From: Botryllus schlosseri
Taxonomy: Eukaryota
Assembly (NCBI GenBank): GCA_051294905.1
Contig: CM119371.1
Coordinates: 15,502,001 to 15,566,000, forward strand
DNA: 64,000 bases
Direction: 5' to 3'
Part shown: one piece after another, positions 1-13,545 of the stretch
How positions within the stretch are numbered: position 1 is the first letter of the stretch
Layout: each line of letters starts with the position of its first letter
The notes under the pieces: model-generated
The model's database searches: none
The model's input: the letters and a program-made list of their open reading frames with translations, nothing else
What the model was told of the DNA's origin: nothing
Translations under genes and position numbers: made by a program

Positions 1-342
1 GGATACCATGTGTCCCAATTTAGGAGAAATTGTCCTCCTTTTTCACGAAATCGAAAATGTCCTCCTTTTTAAGACTTTGACGTACTTTATAGCTTTGACA
101 GCCAGGCTAATGGACAGGTACAACCATGGCCTACTAAAAACAGTGGTACAAGTAAAAACCACCATGAATGACCCGAAATATATAATGTGGACATTTGATC
201 GGGCCTTTCTCCTTTTTTATTAGTCAACACAACAGGATTTCTCGGTACCTATTTTACTATCAGCAGTTTTCTAGTCTGGTAATCTGACTTGTGTTTCGTA
301 GAAAGTGTCCTCCTTTCTGAATCCCAATATATGGCAACCCTA
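1..342. mobile_element. hAT-like MITE (GTCCTC-repeat family), left end cut by the window edge
   Basis: Ends in ATATGGCAACCCTA and carries internal TGTCCTCCTTT repeats; same end and repeat type as the 8-bp-TSD elements at 12337-12677 and 14876-15313. Confidence 0.55.
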
Positions 343-2030
343 AAGTAAAAGTAATGCAGCTAACTTGTACTCAACTACCCACAATTCTGTTCGGCGTGTG
401 CCATTTTATTCTAGCTGGTGTATAGTGTGATAGAGAAATAACAAGGTATTTCAGTTCACATGCTGCTACTTATGTGAGCAAATTATTAACGCATTTATCA
501 AACATGGATAGTTAAAAAATGTGATGCGAGACGACAAGAAATCGACTTCGACTTGTACACGTGTTGGGATTTTGTTGTCTCTAGATTTGACAAGTTGCTT
601 TCATTTCGCGAGAATCAGATGTGCACTGCAGTCCAAATGTGTATTAATTTGTGCTGCAAATGAACCCATGGTTTGTAATTTGATATGCTCGCGGCTTGTT
701 GGTAACATAGCGTATCGCTGGTAATCTGATGTTATAGTATGTGTGCGAAAGTGGAGCTTTTACTGGCATTAAATCCATGAATTACACGAGCTCATTAGAA
801 CAGTGAAGCTTTTCTGATTCATTTATTATAGGCCTTTACGCATGTACTTAACGCTAATAAATGGATTCTACCATGGTCAATTTGAAGTACTTGTATTTTT
901 GAACATGTTTTTTTCAATCCCCCTTTTTCTTAGCTGAGTAAACTATTCTTTAAATTATGTCACCATATACAAGCGACTTGGTTCTTGGTGATATTAAACG
1001 CTTGCAAGTCGGTGTAAAAGTAATTATGTAGCACAGCTTGTTTGTGAATCCCGCCACATTATGACGTTGCCTGTTTGTGTCGTCATCGATCCTGCATTAT
1101 TGTGGAAAATTAGCCTCCGGCGCTGATGTAAGATGGTGACAAATTTGAAATCTCAAGATGTATCCTCACGACTAACGCAAAATGACCATTGACCAGGCAT
1201 GTTTATTTTTCGCATATGCAGAAATTACCAATACCGTAATAGCTATTTTTCAGATTTTATTTTGAGACATTTTGGCATGGCCGTGAAATCATGTTTGTAG
1301 ACATGAATTAACCATGTAAAATGCGTTGGATTGGGTTTTCTTATCACACGGAAGTCTGGAAACGTGCAGTAATCCATCGCACAGCAAGATTACAAACCGA
1401 ATGTACAATGATATTGGAGAGCAAATTCGTCTGATACAAAACTGACTGCTTCTGCGATATCTAATCTCAATAGTTAATTCACTAGCATGCTGCACACACA
1501 CATTACTGCATTCACACAATTCACTATACCGCTTGTAATAGTTATTCGAAAGGGCTAGTTTGGATCACAGCATTCACTACCAAACAAATTGTTGGAAATC
1601 ACGAACGTGGCTTCAATACTCGATGTATTATGATAAAATGTCCATAGGGCCTCGATCTTAATTTTTGCTTATTGTACAGCTAATTCGGTGCAGGCTAAAT
1701 ATTTAGTATCTTCATGTCCTAATTCAGGTAGATGTTTTTTATACTCAGTAAAAAAGGTTTTGTTGATGATTATGTTCCACCCATATAATTAACTGGCTTC
1801 TATTTGAAATTTTCATTGAATGTGTCTGCAATTTTCGAAAAATGTGTGGTTGTATGCCACTGTGAAATTATCAATCAATATTAACGCGGTGGTTACTGGC
1901 AGTTATCAATGCAAGTTATTTTGTCGATACGAATGATTTCTGTGTACGTTTACTCTAATCATGTGTGTTTTAAAAACAGCACTATAGTCTTTAATATAGA
2001 AATATCCTTGACAAGTCATTGGTGACCATA

Positions 2031-3646
2031 ATGCAGGTTGTTTGTCAAGATGTGACGAGGCATGCTGTGAGGATGCTCGAGGAATTACATCGAATGAAGC
2101 AAGATGATGATCATTGTGATTTCATAATCCAAGTGGGAGATGATGTCTATCGTACACACAAAAATATATTGTCGGCTGGCTCCGCTTATTTTAGAGCCAT
2201 GCTGAAGTATGACACAAAAGAGAGTCGCGACGGAAAAGTTGTTTTGAAAGATGTGGATTCTCAGTGTGTGAAAAATTGCATCGATTTTATATATTCGGGT
2301 AAATTTGAGATTCGTGATGAAAGTATCATTGAACTTCTTCACGTGGCAATGATGATGCAGCTGCATGATGTAAAGCAAGCCTTATCCAATATTTTAGTGG
2401 AATCAATCACCATTGAAAATTTCTTCTCTACCAGAAATGTTGGTGATATGTACGGACTGGCGGATGTTTTGTCGGAATGCAGAATATTTTTACAAGAAAA
2501 TATCATGGAAATATCAGACCAAGCTGGATTCGAAAGCATTGAAAAAAATGACCTTCTCAGTCTTTTGGAGTCGGAAAAATTAAAATTATGGGAAGAAGAA
2601 AAACTTGCATTATCACTTAAGTGGATCGATAAATGTCAAAGTAAAATAGAATATTTGCGCGAATTTCTCAAAGTAATCAAGTTTTATCTAATATTCCCGC
2701 CATATTTGCAACAGATTTTAGAAACTCACCCCCGTGTAAGTAACGATTCCGAGCTGTACAAGTTATTCACTCATCATATTCTGAAAGCTTTCGCTACGGC
2801 AAAAAAAGATAATGACGCTGATAAATTGATAATTCTTTTCGATGATGACGCATACTGCCTCGGATCCTTCAATCCTATGACCGAGGAAATGGAAAAGTTC
2901 CATGATGCGGAGTTGGATTTCACGTCTGGAGTCACAGCAATTTCCTATGACTCACATATTTATGTATTTTCTGAAGCTAAATCTGTTCATCGACTCAATT
3001 TTCAAAGAAAAAATTCAAAATGGGAAAAGATGGATGATATGATTTGCGACCATGGTGTGTCTCCGAGCTCAGTTTGTTACACCGGATCCATAATTGTTAT
3101 TGGAGGAAGTGGTTATACAGAAAAAGCTGATGTGGAAAGATTTGACCCATCTGTAAATCAATGGTTTCTACTGCGAAACAAACCGTCAGCAATTTCTAAT
3201 GCAAGTCTCGTGTCGTTGGATGGTTCCATTCCATCTATTGTATCGGAGGTTTTCGAGATGGTGCCGCAGTTTCCTCGTTCTGCAGATTCACTCCATCCTC
3301 CTCACAATGGGTTGATCTCGAGCCAATGAGATATCCTGCTGATAGCTGTGGTGTGGTTGCAGTTGATCAAAAGATACATGTGACGGGTGGGTATAGTGAA
3401 GATATCATCAAGAATGTACAATATTACAATATCACCTCAGCTCAATGGACTTCATTGCCATCTATGAATTCATCCCATGGCAGAAATACTGCTTATCACA
3501 TCGGTAGTTGTATTTTTCTAGTCAATGAGTTGGGTTACTCTGATGACGTTGAGAAGTACGATTTACCGAACAAAAAATGGTGTAACATGAAAAAAAATAA
3601 TAATAATTTGTTCGAAGTTTGCGCATCTGTAATGGTGAATCTATAG
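2031..3646 (+). pseudogene. Intronless BTB-BACK-Kelch (KLHL-like) gene with a single frameshift
   Basis: BTB motif (CDFIIQV..YRTHKNILSAGSAYFRAML..IDFIYSG), BACK region and Kelch repeats (IIVIGG..VERFDPSVNQW; IHVTGG..VQYYNITSAQW). Removing the duplicated TCCAT at 3225-3234 fuses ORFs 2019-3329 and 3326-3646 through a canonical Kelch blade (GSIYCIGGFRDGAAVSSFCRFTPSSSQWVDLEPMRYP). Confidence 0.85.
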
Positions 3647-3919
3647 ATCAGTGGATCTTAAACTGTATGATGTGTTGAAACTACTTGAACGTATTTAGCA
3701 ATCTGATTTGAAGCTATGTTGTGGCATCAGCGAAAATGGTTGTATGCATTATACGGAGTGACAGCTTAATTCATTGAGAAAATTGTGAGATTTGAGCACA
3801 AATTTGAAAGTAGGCTACAGTTTTGATGGTTTAAGTGAATAAAGTAAAGTATTTACGGTCCATTTGAATCAATGAACTGTTAAATCATATTCAATCCATC
3901 ACGCGAACTTCAGCTAACC

Positions 3920-4251
3920 CAGTGGCTCCCAACCTTTTTCGACTCATCGCCCCCTTTTCAAGCTCAACACCGATCATCGGCCCCCAAATTTTGTGAACCA
4001 AAAAATGGGTTTACAAACTGTAATCACCGGCTGATTGACTAAAAAAAAAGTCAACTTTTCGGCTCGATGTTGAATTTTACACTTTTGCAAATAAATTTTC
4101 GTGGGTTGACTAAAATAGAAAAAAGTCATTTCTCCGACTTAACTCCAATATAGCCGTTTTAACGCGTCATCGCCCCCTTTGCTATTTTCGCCCCCTTTGT
4201 CCATTTTCGCCCCCCTAGACCGCCAAATATCGCCCACGTTGGGAACCACAG
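3920..4251. mobile_element. hAT (Charlie-like) MITE
   Basis: TIRs CAGTGGCTCCCAAC / GTTGGGAACCACAG, internal (AT)CGCCCCC repeats; 8-bp flanks only partly similar (AGCTAACC/ATCCAACT). Confidence 0.65.
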
Positions 4252-4472
4252 ATCCAACTTCTATCCACAGGTTGTCAAAATAGTCAGTTTCGTTACTAAA
4301 AAGAAAAGTTGAATTAATGCTTTAAATTTCCAAGACATGGCAAAGCTATTTCGAGCGAAACAAGAAAATGAATGCTCTTGAACAGTGGCTTACTACCTGG
4401 TGTCTGTGAAGCATTTTCAATCGGTCAGTGGTGGCCAGTCGGGCCATATAAGTTGTGATCATACTTGGGTAG

Positions 4473-4723
4473 TGATATATCTCAACTTTCGTTTGCTGTA
4501 TTATGTTTAGTTCCGCAATTGTGGCTCATTATAATTGAACACTAGTCGACCGTGACAGACATCGCGCTTCGCTCGTAGTCGCCAGGCTTCACGCTTACGC
4601 GGGAGCTTAACGTTGTTTGCTGCATGTCTTTATCCTTTCAGATCATAGTGTGATTGGGGTTATTACCTATTAGCCTGCAATAAAACTGTAGTCACACTAA
4701 TACTTTGTATTGCGTGGGATTTA
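4473..4723 (+). repeat. 5' LTR (251 bp)
   Basis: Direct repeat of 9016-9266 with 5 substitutions counted by eye; starts TG, ends TA; contains AATAAA. Confidence 0.95.
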
Positions 4724-4724
4724 A

Positions 4725-4736
4725 TGGCGACGAGGA
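4725..4736 (+). promoter_or_regulatory. Primer binding site, complementary to a tRNA-Ser 3' end
   Basis: TGGCGACGAGGA 1 nt after the 5' LTR; reverse complement TCCTCGTCGCCA matches the animal tRNA-Ser(GCU) 3' end. Confidence 0.8.
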
Positions 4737-4778
4737 CAAATCGGATATACTATCGCATCGCAACGCAACGTAACCCCA

Positions 4779-7700
4779 ATGTCGGAACAAGAATCCAAAG
4801 CTTCAATCAATCGATTCGATCCAGAACATCATCGCAGCAATGTTCATGACGCATTCTGTGAGTTCGTAGGCATGTTTCATTATGAATACGATGCAATAGC
4901 CAAAGAACCTCCCGCCGCAGTGCAGGACAAAGAGGGCTGGATCGAGGGCCATAAAACAAAAATATTCTTGGGTCGGTTTTCTTCACGAAATTTCCAGAGA
5001 GATTTTGAAGATACCGTACCAGAAAACGACCGTAGCACACTTAAATTCAAAGATCTGGTGAAATGTATGAAGGACCGGTATGAGCCAACCCGGAACTATA
5101 CTCTTGCGAATTACAAGTTTCACCGTCTGTCTCAGGAAATGGATGAGAGCTTCGACGGATTCGTCCACCGCTTGAGGCATGAAGCAAAGGCATGCAAATT
5201 CGTATGTGAGAATGCAAACTGCAATGTCTTCGACATTATGATCAGGGATCAAATAATAGTCGGCGTCAAATCAGATGACATACGGACAAAGGCGCTCAAG
5301 AACCAATAGGATCTGAAAGCCTTGATAGAGAACGGCCGTAAGATAGAAGCGGCTTCACACTCCGCCCAGTTGATTAAGAATGAAACTGAGGCTGCAGAAG
5401 CGGCTGACATTTGTCGTGTGAATTCCAAACAACGCTATCACAAGCATAGGGGTTCAGGTGCAGATGAACAATGCAAGGGTGGTTGCAAGACATGCTCCTC
5501 TAAAATCTGTGAAGGAGGAAAATCGTGTGTGGCAAGAAACATGACATGTCATAAGTGTGGTAAAGAAGGCCACTTCAGAGGATCATCAGCATGCAAAAAG
5601 AAAAAACGTGCGGAGGCAAACCGCGTAGAATCAGAAAGTGACGTTAGCAGCTCATCAGATGATGACGCTGATCTATCAAGCGATGCCATCTCTGATGCGC
5701 CGCGAAAGAAAATGCAGAGCAGAAAAAAGAAAGGCATCAAGAGAGTCAACCAATCGCAGCCTTACCGCAAGGTGCGTAAGGTGTCTAAACCAAGATACCG
5801 TGTGAAGGTTGCAATGGCAGGAAAACCTGTTAAGGCCTATCAAGACACGGGTGCCGATTTGAATGTGATGTCGGCAAAGAGGGCAGCGAAGCTTAAACTA
5901 CGTCTCCGATCCACGAAAACGTACATAAAGCCTTATGGGTCGAAGCCAATCCAATGCAGTGGACGCTACGAAGGATTTGTAACTTTCAAAAGTTCTGTGG
6001 TGAGTGCTCGCTTCTATATCGTACCTGGTAAAGAAGAGACTCTACTTAGTGGGCGATTGTGTGAAAAGCTCGGCATCATCACATTCGATGGCGACAAGGA
6101 GACGGAAATGTCTCGGAAAGTGAACAGGGTTGCGAAAGTGGACAAGCTAAAAGCAGATGTGATGAAGGCATATCCATCTGTGTTCACAGGCATAGGAACA
6201 CTGAAGGATCATGAAGTTTTGTTCTATATCAATCCAGAGGTGCCACCAGTGGCCCAAGCCATACGTCCAATCCCTTTCCATCTGCAAGGCAAGTTTCAGA
6301 ATCTAATATCACAACTGGAAGGTGATGGAATAATCGAAGAGCACACAGGTCCAGCGCCATGGGTTTCCAATCCTGTGCTTTCGCCAAAAAGCGATGGCAG
6401 CCTACGCATGACGATCGATCTGAGGCAAGTCAACCAGGCGATCAAGGCTACTAACATTCCTATACCAAGAGTGGAGGAAATCAAAGCAAGGCTGGCAGGC
6501 AGCATAGTATTCAGCAAACTGGACTTTGAATCAGCTTTCCACCAATTGTTGCTGGATGAGCAGTCGAGAGCAGTCACAGTATTCCATGCTGGCCATAGAC
6601 TCATGCCTTACCGAAAACTCACAATGGGTGCAAAACCAGCATCAGGCGTGCTCACGAGAGCTCTGATCCCGCTCTTTGCTAATATCAAAGGGGCCCATGT
6701 CATTCATGATGACGTCATCATATCTGGAGAGACTCTTCGGCAACATGACGTAGCTCTCGAAAAGGTCATGAAACGCATCCAAGACGCTGGAATGACCCTG
6801 AACGCGGACAAATGTGTTTTCAAGAAGTCAGAGATACCTTTCTGGGGTATGATAGTGACTAGTAAAGGTATTAAACCAGATCCGGAGAAGGTCAAAGCTC
6901 TGGAGGATGCTTCCCGTCCGAAGTCAAAAGAGGAAGTGATGTCATTCTTGTGCTTCGTTCAATCATTTGGGGACTTCATCTCGCATCTCTCAAGCAAAAC
7001 GAAGCACCTCCGCCAATTGACTCAAAAGCATCAAAGGTTCAGGTGGACATCAGAATGCAGCAAGGAATTTAAAAGCCTAAAAAAGGCTCTTGAAGCAGAT
7101 ACCGCACTGCGATTCTTTGACGTCCAGGCGAAGACATACATATTTGTGGATGCTCATGTGTCAAGCTTGTCTGCAATTCTGGCCCAAGGTCCAAGCGCAA
7201 AGGAATCTAGTATTGTGGCGTTCGCAAGTCGATCCACACGACCGGGAGAAACACGGTATCCGCAACTAGACTTGGAAGCCATGGCAGTAGACTTTGGTTT
7301 GAGAAGATTCCGCCACTACGTCACTGGAGGACCGGAAGTACTGGTTATAACGGACCACAAACCGTAAGAGGGCATATTCAAGAACCACAGGAAAGGCTCT
7401 ATCCGTACCGACCGTATCTAGATGCGGCATCAAGATTTAGCCTACAAGGTGGTGTGGGAGAAAGGTGTTCTAAATCCAGCTGACTACCTTTCAAGGCATG
7501 CCCAGCCAATCGAGTTTGCTCCGCGTTCATGGCAAAATGAAGCATGCAAGTTGAAACGCACTGTTCTCATGATCCAACATGCACCATACGCGGAATCGCT
7601 TTGGGGGGACTTTAAAAAAGCATCCGGAAGGGTCATATATCGAAAAATGACCCAGATCTAAAAGTATTCCGTAAATTTCAAGATCAGCTAACCATCTCGA

Positions 7701-8984
7701 ATGGTTTGGTGCTGAAACAGGACAAGATCATTCTCCCAGAAAAGCTCTGGGAAACAGCTATCAACAAAGCAGACCAAGGAGGTCATCCAGGAATGTGCAA
7801 TCTGAAGCGACGCATCCGCAGTCACTTCTGGATCAAAGGCTTGAATGAGTTGGTGGAACAGAAAATCAGATCCTGTACGTTGTGCCAGCAATTTACACTG
7901 CCAGGCAGCAAACAGCCACAGAAACTCATTATGCCGCCTAAACAAACCTGGCATGAAGTCAGCATAGACTTGTTTGGGCCAATGCCGGATAAACGTCACG
8001 CAGTGGTGGTGCAAGACCTGACGACACGGTTTCCTGATGCGACAATCGTCAAAAGTACCGCAGCTAAGCATGTTATTCCTGCAATAGCGAACACATACGC
8101 TCATTATGGTCAACCTAATACTCATAGGACTGACAATGGCCCTCTGTTCAATTCAAAAGAATTTGCTGAATTTTCAAGTAAGCACGGAATCGACCACAAA
8201 AAGACGTATCCGTACCATCCACAAGCCAACCCTGTAGAGACTTTTATGAAGCCTCTGGGGCAAGGCGATGAAAATTGCATACGCGCAAGGTGTGGACAAA
8301 CAAACGGCACTGCAAGATTTCCTCATTGGATACAGATCAACCCCCCACATATCAACCGGGGAATCGCCAGGGGACTTGATGTTGAAAGGAGGATTCCGAA
8401 ACGACTTTCCAAGGAAAGTACTCAACAACAACCAAGTACAGAAGGCCTTGAACCAAGACCGTCGAACGAAATTACAAAGGCAACAAGTTACCAACAGTTC
8501 AAATAAGCGACAACCGAAACATTTTCTAATGGGGCAGCAAGTCATGACCAGAAACTACAAAAGAAGCAAATTTGACCCCATATTTGGCCCTGAGCTCTAC
8601 ACTGTCGCGGAGATCTTCAGTGACGGCGTTGAACTGATCAAGGCATCAACTGGTAAGCGGTATCGACGTCATTTCAATGATATTAAACCTTACTATGGAA
8701 ATGGAAATACGCTCACAAAACATGTGCATGCCAATCCGCCCATTGAATGGTGGCATCCGACGGCGGACGAAGTTGAATGTTCGGTAAGCCAGCATCCTGA
8801 GGAACCAAAAACCGTGTCCGAGCCGGTGATCGTCTCTCAGGAACCAGAGGCGAATGATGAGGAGCCAGCGATCATCTCTCAAGAGGCGAGCGACGACGTG
8901 CCGAACACTCATCCCGACCGCACGGCTTTGGCCCTAAGCCGTCTGGCCGATTTTAACGCGCCCGGTTTTCTGGAAATGTACTGA
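4779..8984 (+). pseudogene. gag-pol polyprotein (Gag, CCHC knuckle, aspartic protease, RT, RNase H, integrase), interrupted
   Basis: CHKCGKEGHF knuckle, DTGA protease, RT (SKLDFESAFHQ; IHDD), RNase H (VDA..ELEAMA-like LDLEAMA..TDHKP), integrase (GHPG..CTLC; DLFGP..TDNG..NPVE). In-frame stops at 5307-5309, 7365-7367 and 7419-7421, frameshifts near 7600 and 8260. Confidence 0.92.
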
Positions 8985-9000
8985 GCCTATTTGTCTTCCT

Positions 9001-9012
9001 AAAAGGGGGAAG
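9001..9012 (+). promoter_or_regulatory. Polypurine tract
   Basis: AAAAGGGGGAAG just upstream of the 3' LTR. Confidence 0.85.
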
Positions 9013-9015
9013 TAT

Positions 9016-9266
9016 TGATATATCTCAACTTTCGTTTGCTGTATTATGTTTAGTTCCGCAATTATGGCTCATTATAATTGAACACTAGTCGACCGTGACA
9101 GACATCGCGCTTCGCTCGTAGTCGCCAGGCTTCACGCTTACGCGGGAGCTTAACGTTGTTTGCTGCATTTCTTTATCCTTTCAGATCATAGTGTGATTGG
9201 GGTTATTACCTATTAGCTTGCAATAAAACTGTAGTCACACTCATACTGTGTATTGCGTGGGATTTA
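9016..9266 (+). repeat. 3' LTR (251 bp)
   Basis: Direct repeat of 4473-4723. Confidence 0.95.
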
Positions 9267-9301
9267 TTAGTTGCCTAAGCAGTGAACATTAAATTTGCGT
9301 G

Positions 9302-9443
9302 GTATATTCATATTGAAATGAACCCGAATATTTTCAGCTGACACTCGTCAGGGGTAATCGTCAGCAACTAGTAGAGAAATGGAAAGAACAATGTATATCA
9401 ACAATCGTATCACAAAATATGACGTCACCAGCATGAAATTTCG
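9302..9443 (-). mobile_element. Short Penelope-like repeat fragment with a minimal hammerhead ribozyme motif (9322-9355)
   Basis: Inverted near-copy of 43699-43840; minus strand reads ACCC-CTGACGA-GTGTCAGCT-GAAA-ATAT-TC-GGGT. Confidence 0.6.
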
Positions 9444-12336
9444 TGAATGAGAGAGCGTTCAATGTACTATTTTTAGGTGGTACACGAACTCCTTTTGTTG
9501 ACAGATTTTTGGTTGGTGTATTTTGATCAAGCATAGCAATGGCAGATAAAGCTGTTCAGATGAATGCAAATTGCACTTAAAGCTAAATAACATATGTTTT
9601 TAACATCAGCTCTATATATTGGCATTATTTGTGAAGGCGCTTTTAATTGGGTTTTATCGTATCAGCTGGGCTTTAGTGTTACAGTAACTAGACCAAAACG
9701 TCTGTGAATAATGTGTAAACAAAAACATGCATTCTTGATTTTCGAATCCATAGTGTAGTTTTGCTGACACTTCAAAGTGGTTTTTATTAAGATTAGACAC
9801 GCCATAGTAACTTATTCATTTCGATTGCGTATAAGTTATGTTACAGATCAATCAGATTTACAGCTCTTTTGAGTGATAAAATTGTTGAATGTTTTAGTGA
9901 CACATTCAAGAGTATCGTTTCAATGGTTTAAATGACAGAAATGAAGTTTTTTCTGGTGACACGTTGTCGCATTCTATTTGAATCAAACGAATCCAGCCTC
10001 TAACCCTGACTGCATCCTACATCTGGCCTGAGGTGGCCAAGATGTAAAGAGCGACTAGTTTTGCCAGTAATCTGTTCAAGTATAAGGTGTCTGTAATATG
10101 ACCACTCAAGTAAGGGTCACCAGTTATAGGATTAGAAGTTTAGAACTTTGGAAGTTCTGTTTTTTTTAGATTGCTTAGCAGTAAATACCTCTGGGCAAGA
10201 AAGCGTGATGCCGGAAGTTGTGTATCTATCTGTAGGTTAGTGGTCTATACTCCAATGTATGTATGATTTAAATCTGACTTGTATAGTTCATACCTTTATA
10301 TTACTCGACGAGAATTGGGCGTATGGGTGGAATAAGTATACTGTTTAGCATCAAATAAATTTGTGTCAATTTTTATGAGGTTTCATATTCCATCTATATG
10401 GCTGACAGTTATCGACGTAGTTTAGCAGTTTTACGTACCTATATGTGAGCCATACGAGTCCCCGTTGAAGGTCTAATGAACTCCATATTCATTTCTCTAT
10501 TGGGAATTAATGGTGACTCAATCTGTAGTTGCAAAATGTAACGACATGAATAATGCCTAGTACTCCGGAAATTAGTCAAGACTTTGTGGCTTGTATCGAA
10601 TCACCTCCGAAAATCGAGTGATTGACTCAAGTCACCTTTAAAAATCGTATGACTTGACTCAAGTCAAAATGTGCAATGACTCGATATGACTTGTGACTCA
10701 GATGTAGTGACTTGATCCCAACATGCAGCGCAAAGGTTTTTTGTGTGTATTGCCTTCTTTTGATCTGACAATAGAATTTTTTTTGTGTGTATGTGTTGTG
10801 TGTTCTTTCTCAATGCAACTGGCTTCAATTATGTGTACGACCTGATTAGCTCGTTACACCACTGCGACCTATCTCTAGGCATAGGGACAACTGCACACTG
10901 ATCGTTGTTGATTACTTTCCACACAACGTACAGTATTTAGTGAACCAATTGCAAATTCAAATGTCTTTCAACAGTGCATTCTTATTTTTATTGACTCGAA
11001 AAACTTTTCACATGCTTCTTATCATTCTCATTATTACATCACAATTCGCCATTTGGTATTGAATCCAACTCTGTTCTCTATCCTTCATCGTGCCGGTTGC
11101 TCTGGATTAGAGGCAGGCGAAAATTTCTTCGATTCAATAAAATACGACTGTACTGTTGAAAGCCGTGTCCAAGTTCTGTACCATTAATGAGTTGCTGGTA
11201 TTCAAATTAAAATGTGTTCTTGTTCACCACTTATAGAACGCATATATATTCCACTCAAATTGAGTACATTGCACATGCACATATTTGTCATAGCGTAAGT
11301 TTTGTAACGGTTATTCATTGTGAATATGAAATTTTAAAACCGTTTTATTGTTTACGAATTATTATTTCTATTTAACTTCACAATCGTATGCTTCACTGTG
11401 TAAAACGTTCCGATTATATTGCGATGGATTTATTAGTGAATTTCGTTGATTGATTCGGCATTTCCAACGAAGCCTGCCGTTCCGATTCAGAATTGTCTCC
11501 TAATAGACACTTACGCGACCTTTGACACGGACCAATCAGGTTGCAGCAGGATGTAAACAAAGATCAAGCCCGGGCAAACTTACAATGAGCTCTTATGGAG
11601 AAAGGGTGAAAAATGAAGATTTTTAGCAAAATGACATTGAATTGGGGATAGCTGGCTTTGATGAATGGTAATAACGCATAGCTAGTATGTTTTTACAGTG
11701 TTCTAACCTAGAATAAACTTGAATGGTGGCAAGCACGCATCAGCATGGTGTGTCCAAATGCATGGAGTTTTGACAATTTTTCGGATTATAAGCAACGATT
11801 GTTGTATACTATACTACAAGATTGTGGTAATGCGTATTTTGACGATTTCATAGGCTCAAGTCACGAGCAAAATTTTCAAGCTTATCTCGTGTTCAGAAAT
11901 ATATGGTAGAAAAATATAGCTGCTGCCACACAGCACAATTTTGGCGTATATTGATGATATGATGATGATATTGATTGAAAGCTACATGGAGAATCTATCG
12001 GATTTTTGGATTTGAGTGGAACAGTATTTTATTTTACCTCCGCGGAGAAATCTACGAAGTATTTGATGGAAGGCTACGTACACGAGGGATAAAGATTGAG
12101 GAGACAATCCTCTCTTATTGTGGAAGCAATATTCTATTGTGAACAGCCAATGTTATCACAATTTGCAGAAAAGTGAGATACCACACCCAATGGAAATATC
12201 TCAGAAAATGTAGTATTGATTCACCTTGCACTTGTAAGTCAGGGTAAGTAAGGAAACAGACATTTCCTCAGAGACTACGATGATGCAGTAGATATTGTAA
12301 CCATGATTTATTTTCAGATTATAGGTTCTGATATAT

Positions 12337-12677
12337 TATGGTTACCATACGACATACGTCCTTTAAGAGGATTTGTCCTCTTTTGACTTTTTTGAAAGTG
12401 TGTCCTCGGAGGACGCCCTTTTGTCCTAGCTTCTTTTGAGATTTTGTCCCCGTTTTTGAGAATTTTGGTCATATTCATAGCAAATTCGACTGAGATGCCA
12501 TGCACCTGCTCAAGTGAAGGAAAAAACAGTATTTTGGTCGCTGGCGAGAAAATTGACATTTTTTTTGGTCAACCGCCCACAAAGTAGGAAAAATTTACCA
12601 TTTTTGAGAATTCTCATCCGGTTTTGCAAGTCTGAAAAAGTGTCCTCTTTTCAGATTTCCAAAATATGGTAACCCTA
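12337..12677. mobile_element. hAT MITE (GTCCTC-repeat family) nested in the ISL2EU element
   Basis: TIR TATGGTTACCATA / TATGGTAACCCTA; perfect 8-bp TSD TGATATAT. Confidence 0.85.
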
Positions 12678-13113
12678 TGATATATGCTCTCATGTATATG
12701 CATGGATTAAGACGCTCCAACACCTGAAGCTACAAGGGCTGAAAGACATACATTGTGATTTGCATCATCATCAGTGAGCTCCATCGTGATTGCCAAGCCA
12801 TCTCTCGACCGTACTCGCTACCCATCAACTCCTGCCTCAAGGTAGATTTTGGTGTATCTAGTGTCTTCGGGTTCATAACATTTCACCCACACAAATAATC
12901 CTACAACATCTGCACCTGGAAAAATGTTCATTCAACAAATTGGGCATCTAAATGAGATTCAATGCACACCACTGGAATGAATGCACTGTTGGTACACACT
13001 GACCATGGAACCGCGCAATTAGGATCTGTAGCATGCTATTAGGCATTACAATATTCGCAATGGAACTGAATTTGCACAATTGCCAAATATGTTGCGTCAT
13101 TCATTTTTAATTT

Positions 13114-13545
13114 TTAATCTTGAATTAGAGTAAGCCAATTAGTCCATAGTTGATACACAATGTTGCATAATATGACAACGGACAAAATTTTATACTCCTT
13201 GATTCTTCCGATCAGTTGTTTAATATGAATACGATGTCTCGCCATCTTTCTTGTTGTGGAACAGTTTGGCCCTGACATTTGACGGTGTGTGGCAATCATG
13301 TGCAGGAATATTAAAATCTAGATTTAATTTCTTGATTTCAGACTCAATGGCAAATCCCTTTTCTGCCATGGTAGCATCTCTTGGTGCACCATAGCTCCAT
13401 GTGAATAGTTCTCGCACAAAAGTTAGTGCACCACAATCCATCAATCCTTTTAAAGTTGTATGTAATTTTATTGTGACTGTAATCGCAATGAGCAGGGCGT
13501 TTTTTTCTTAATCAGTTCATTACAGTCAATAATCATTCTAGATTT
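13114..13545 (-). pseudogene. Harbinger/ISL2EU-type (DDE_Tnp_4-like) transposase remnant
   Basis: Frameshifted pieces RMIIDCNE, TLKGL, DATMAEKGFAI..LDFNIP and TRKMARHRIHIKQLIGRIKEYKIL match the IIDCTE / ADKGF / IA..RIHVER.IGR.K.F.IL motifs. Confidence 0.75.

Larger units (their letters stand above)
4473..9266 (+). mobile_element. Full-length Ty3/Gypsy LTR retrotransposon, disabled
   Basis: Two 251-bp LTRs, PBS, PPT and gag-PR-RT-RNaseH-INT order (Gypsy order); 4-bp flanks GTAG/TTAG (imperfect TSD). Confidence 0.95.

Noticed and set aside
521..1519. Short ORFs upstream of the Kelch gene and similar 60-100 aa ORFs across 16-27 kb and 43-48 kb
   Set aside because: No domain motifs, many start at non-ATG codons or lie in MITE repeats; expected by chance.
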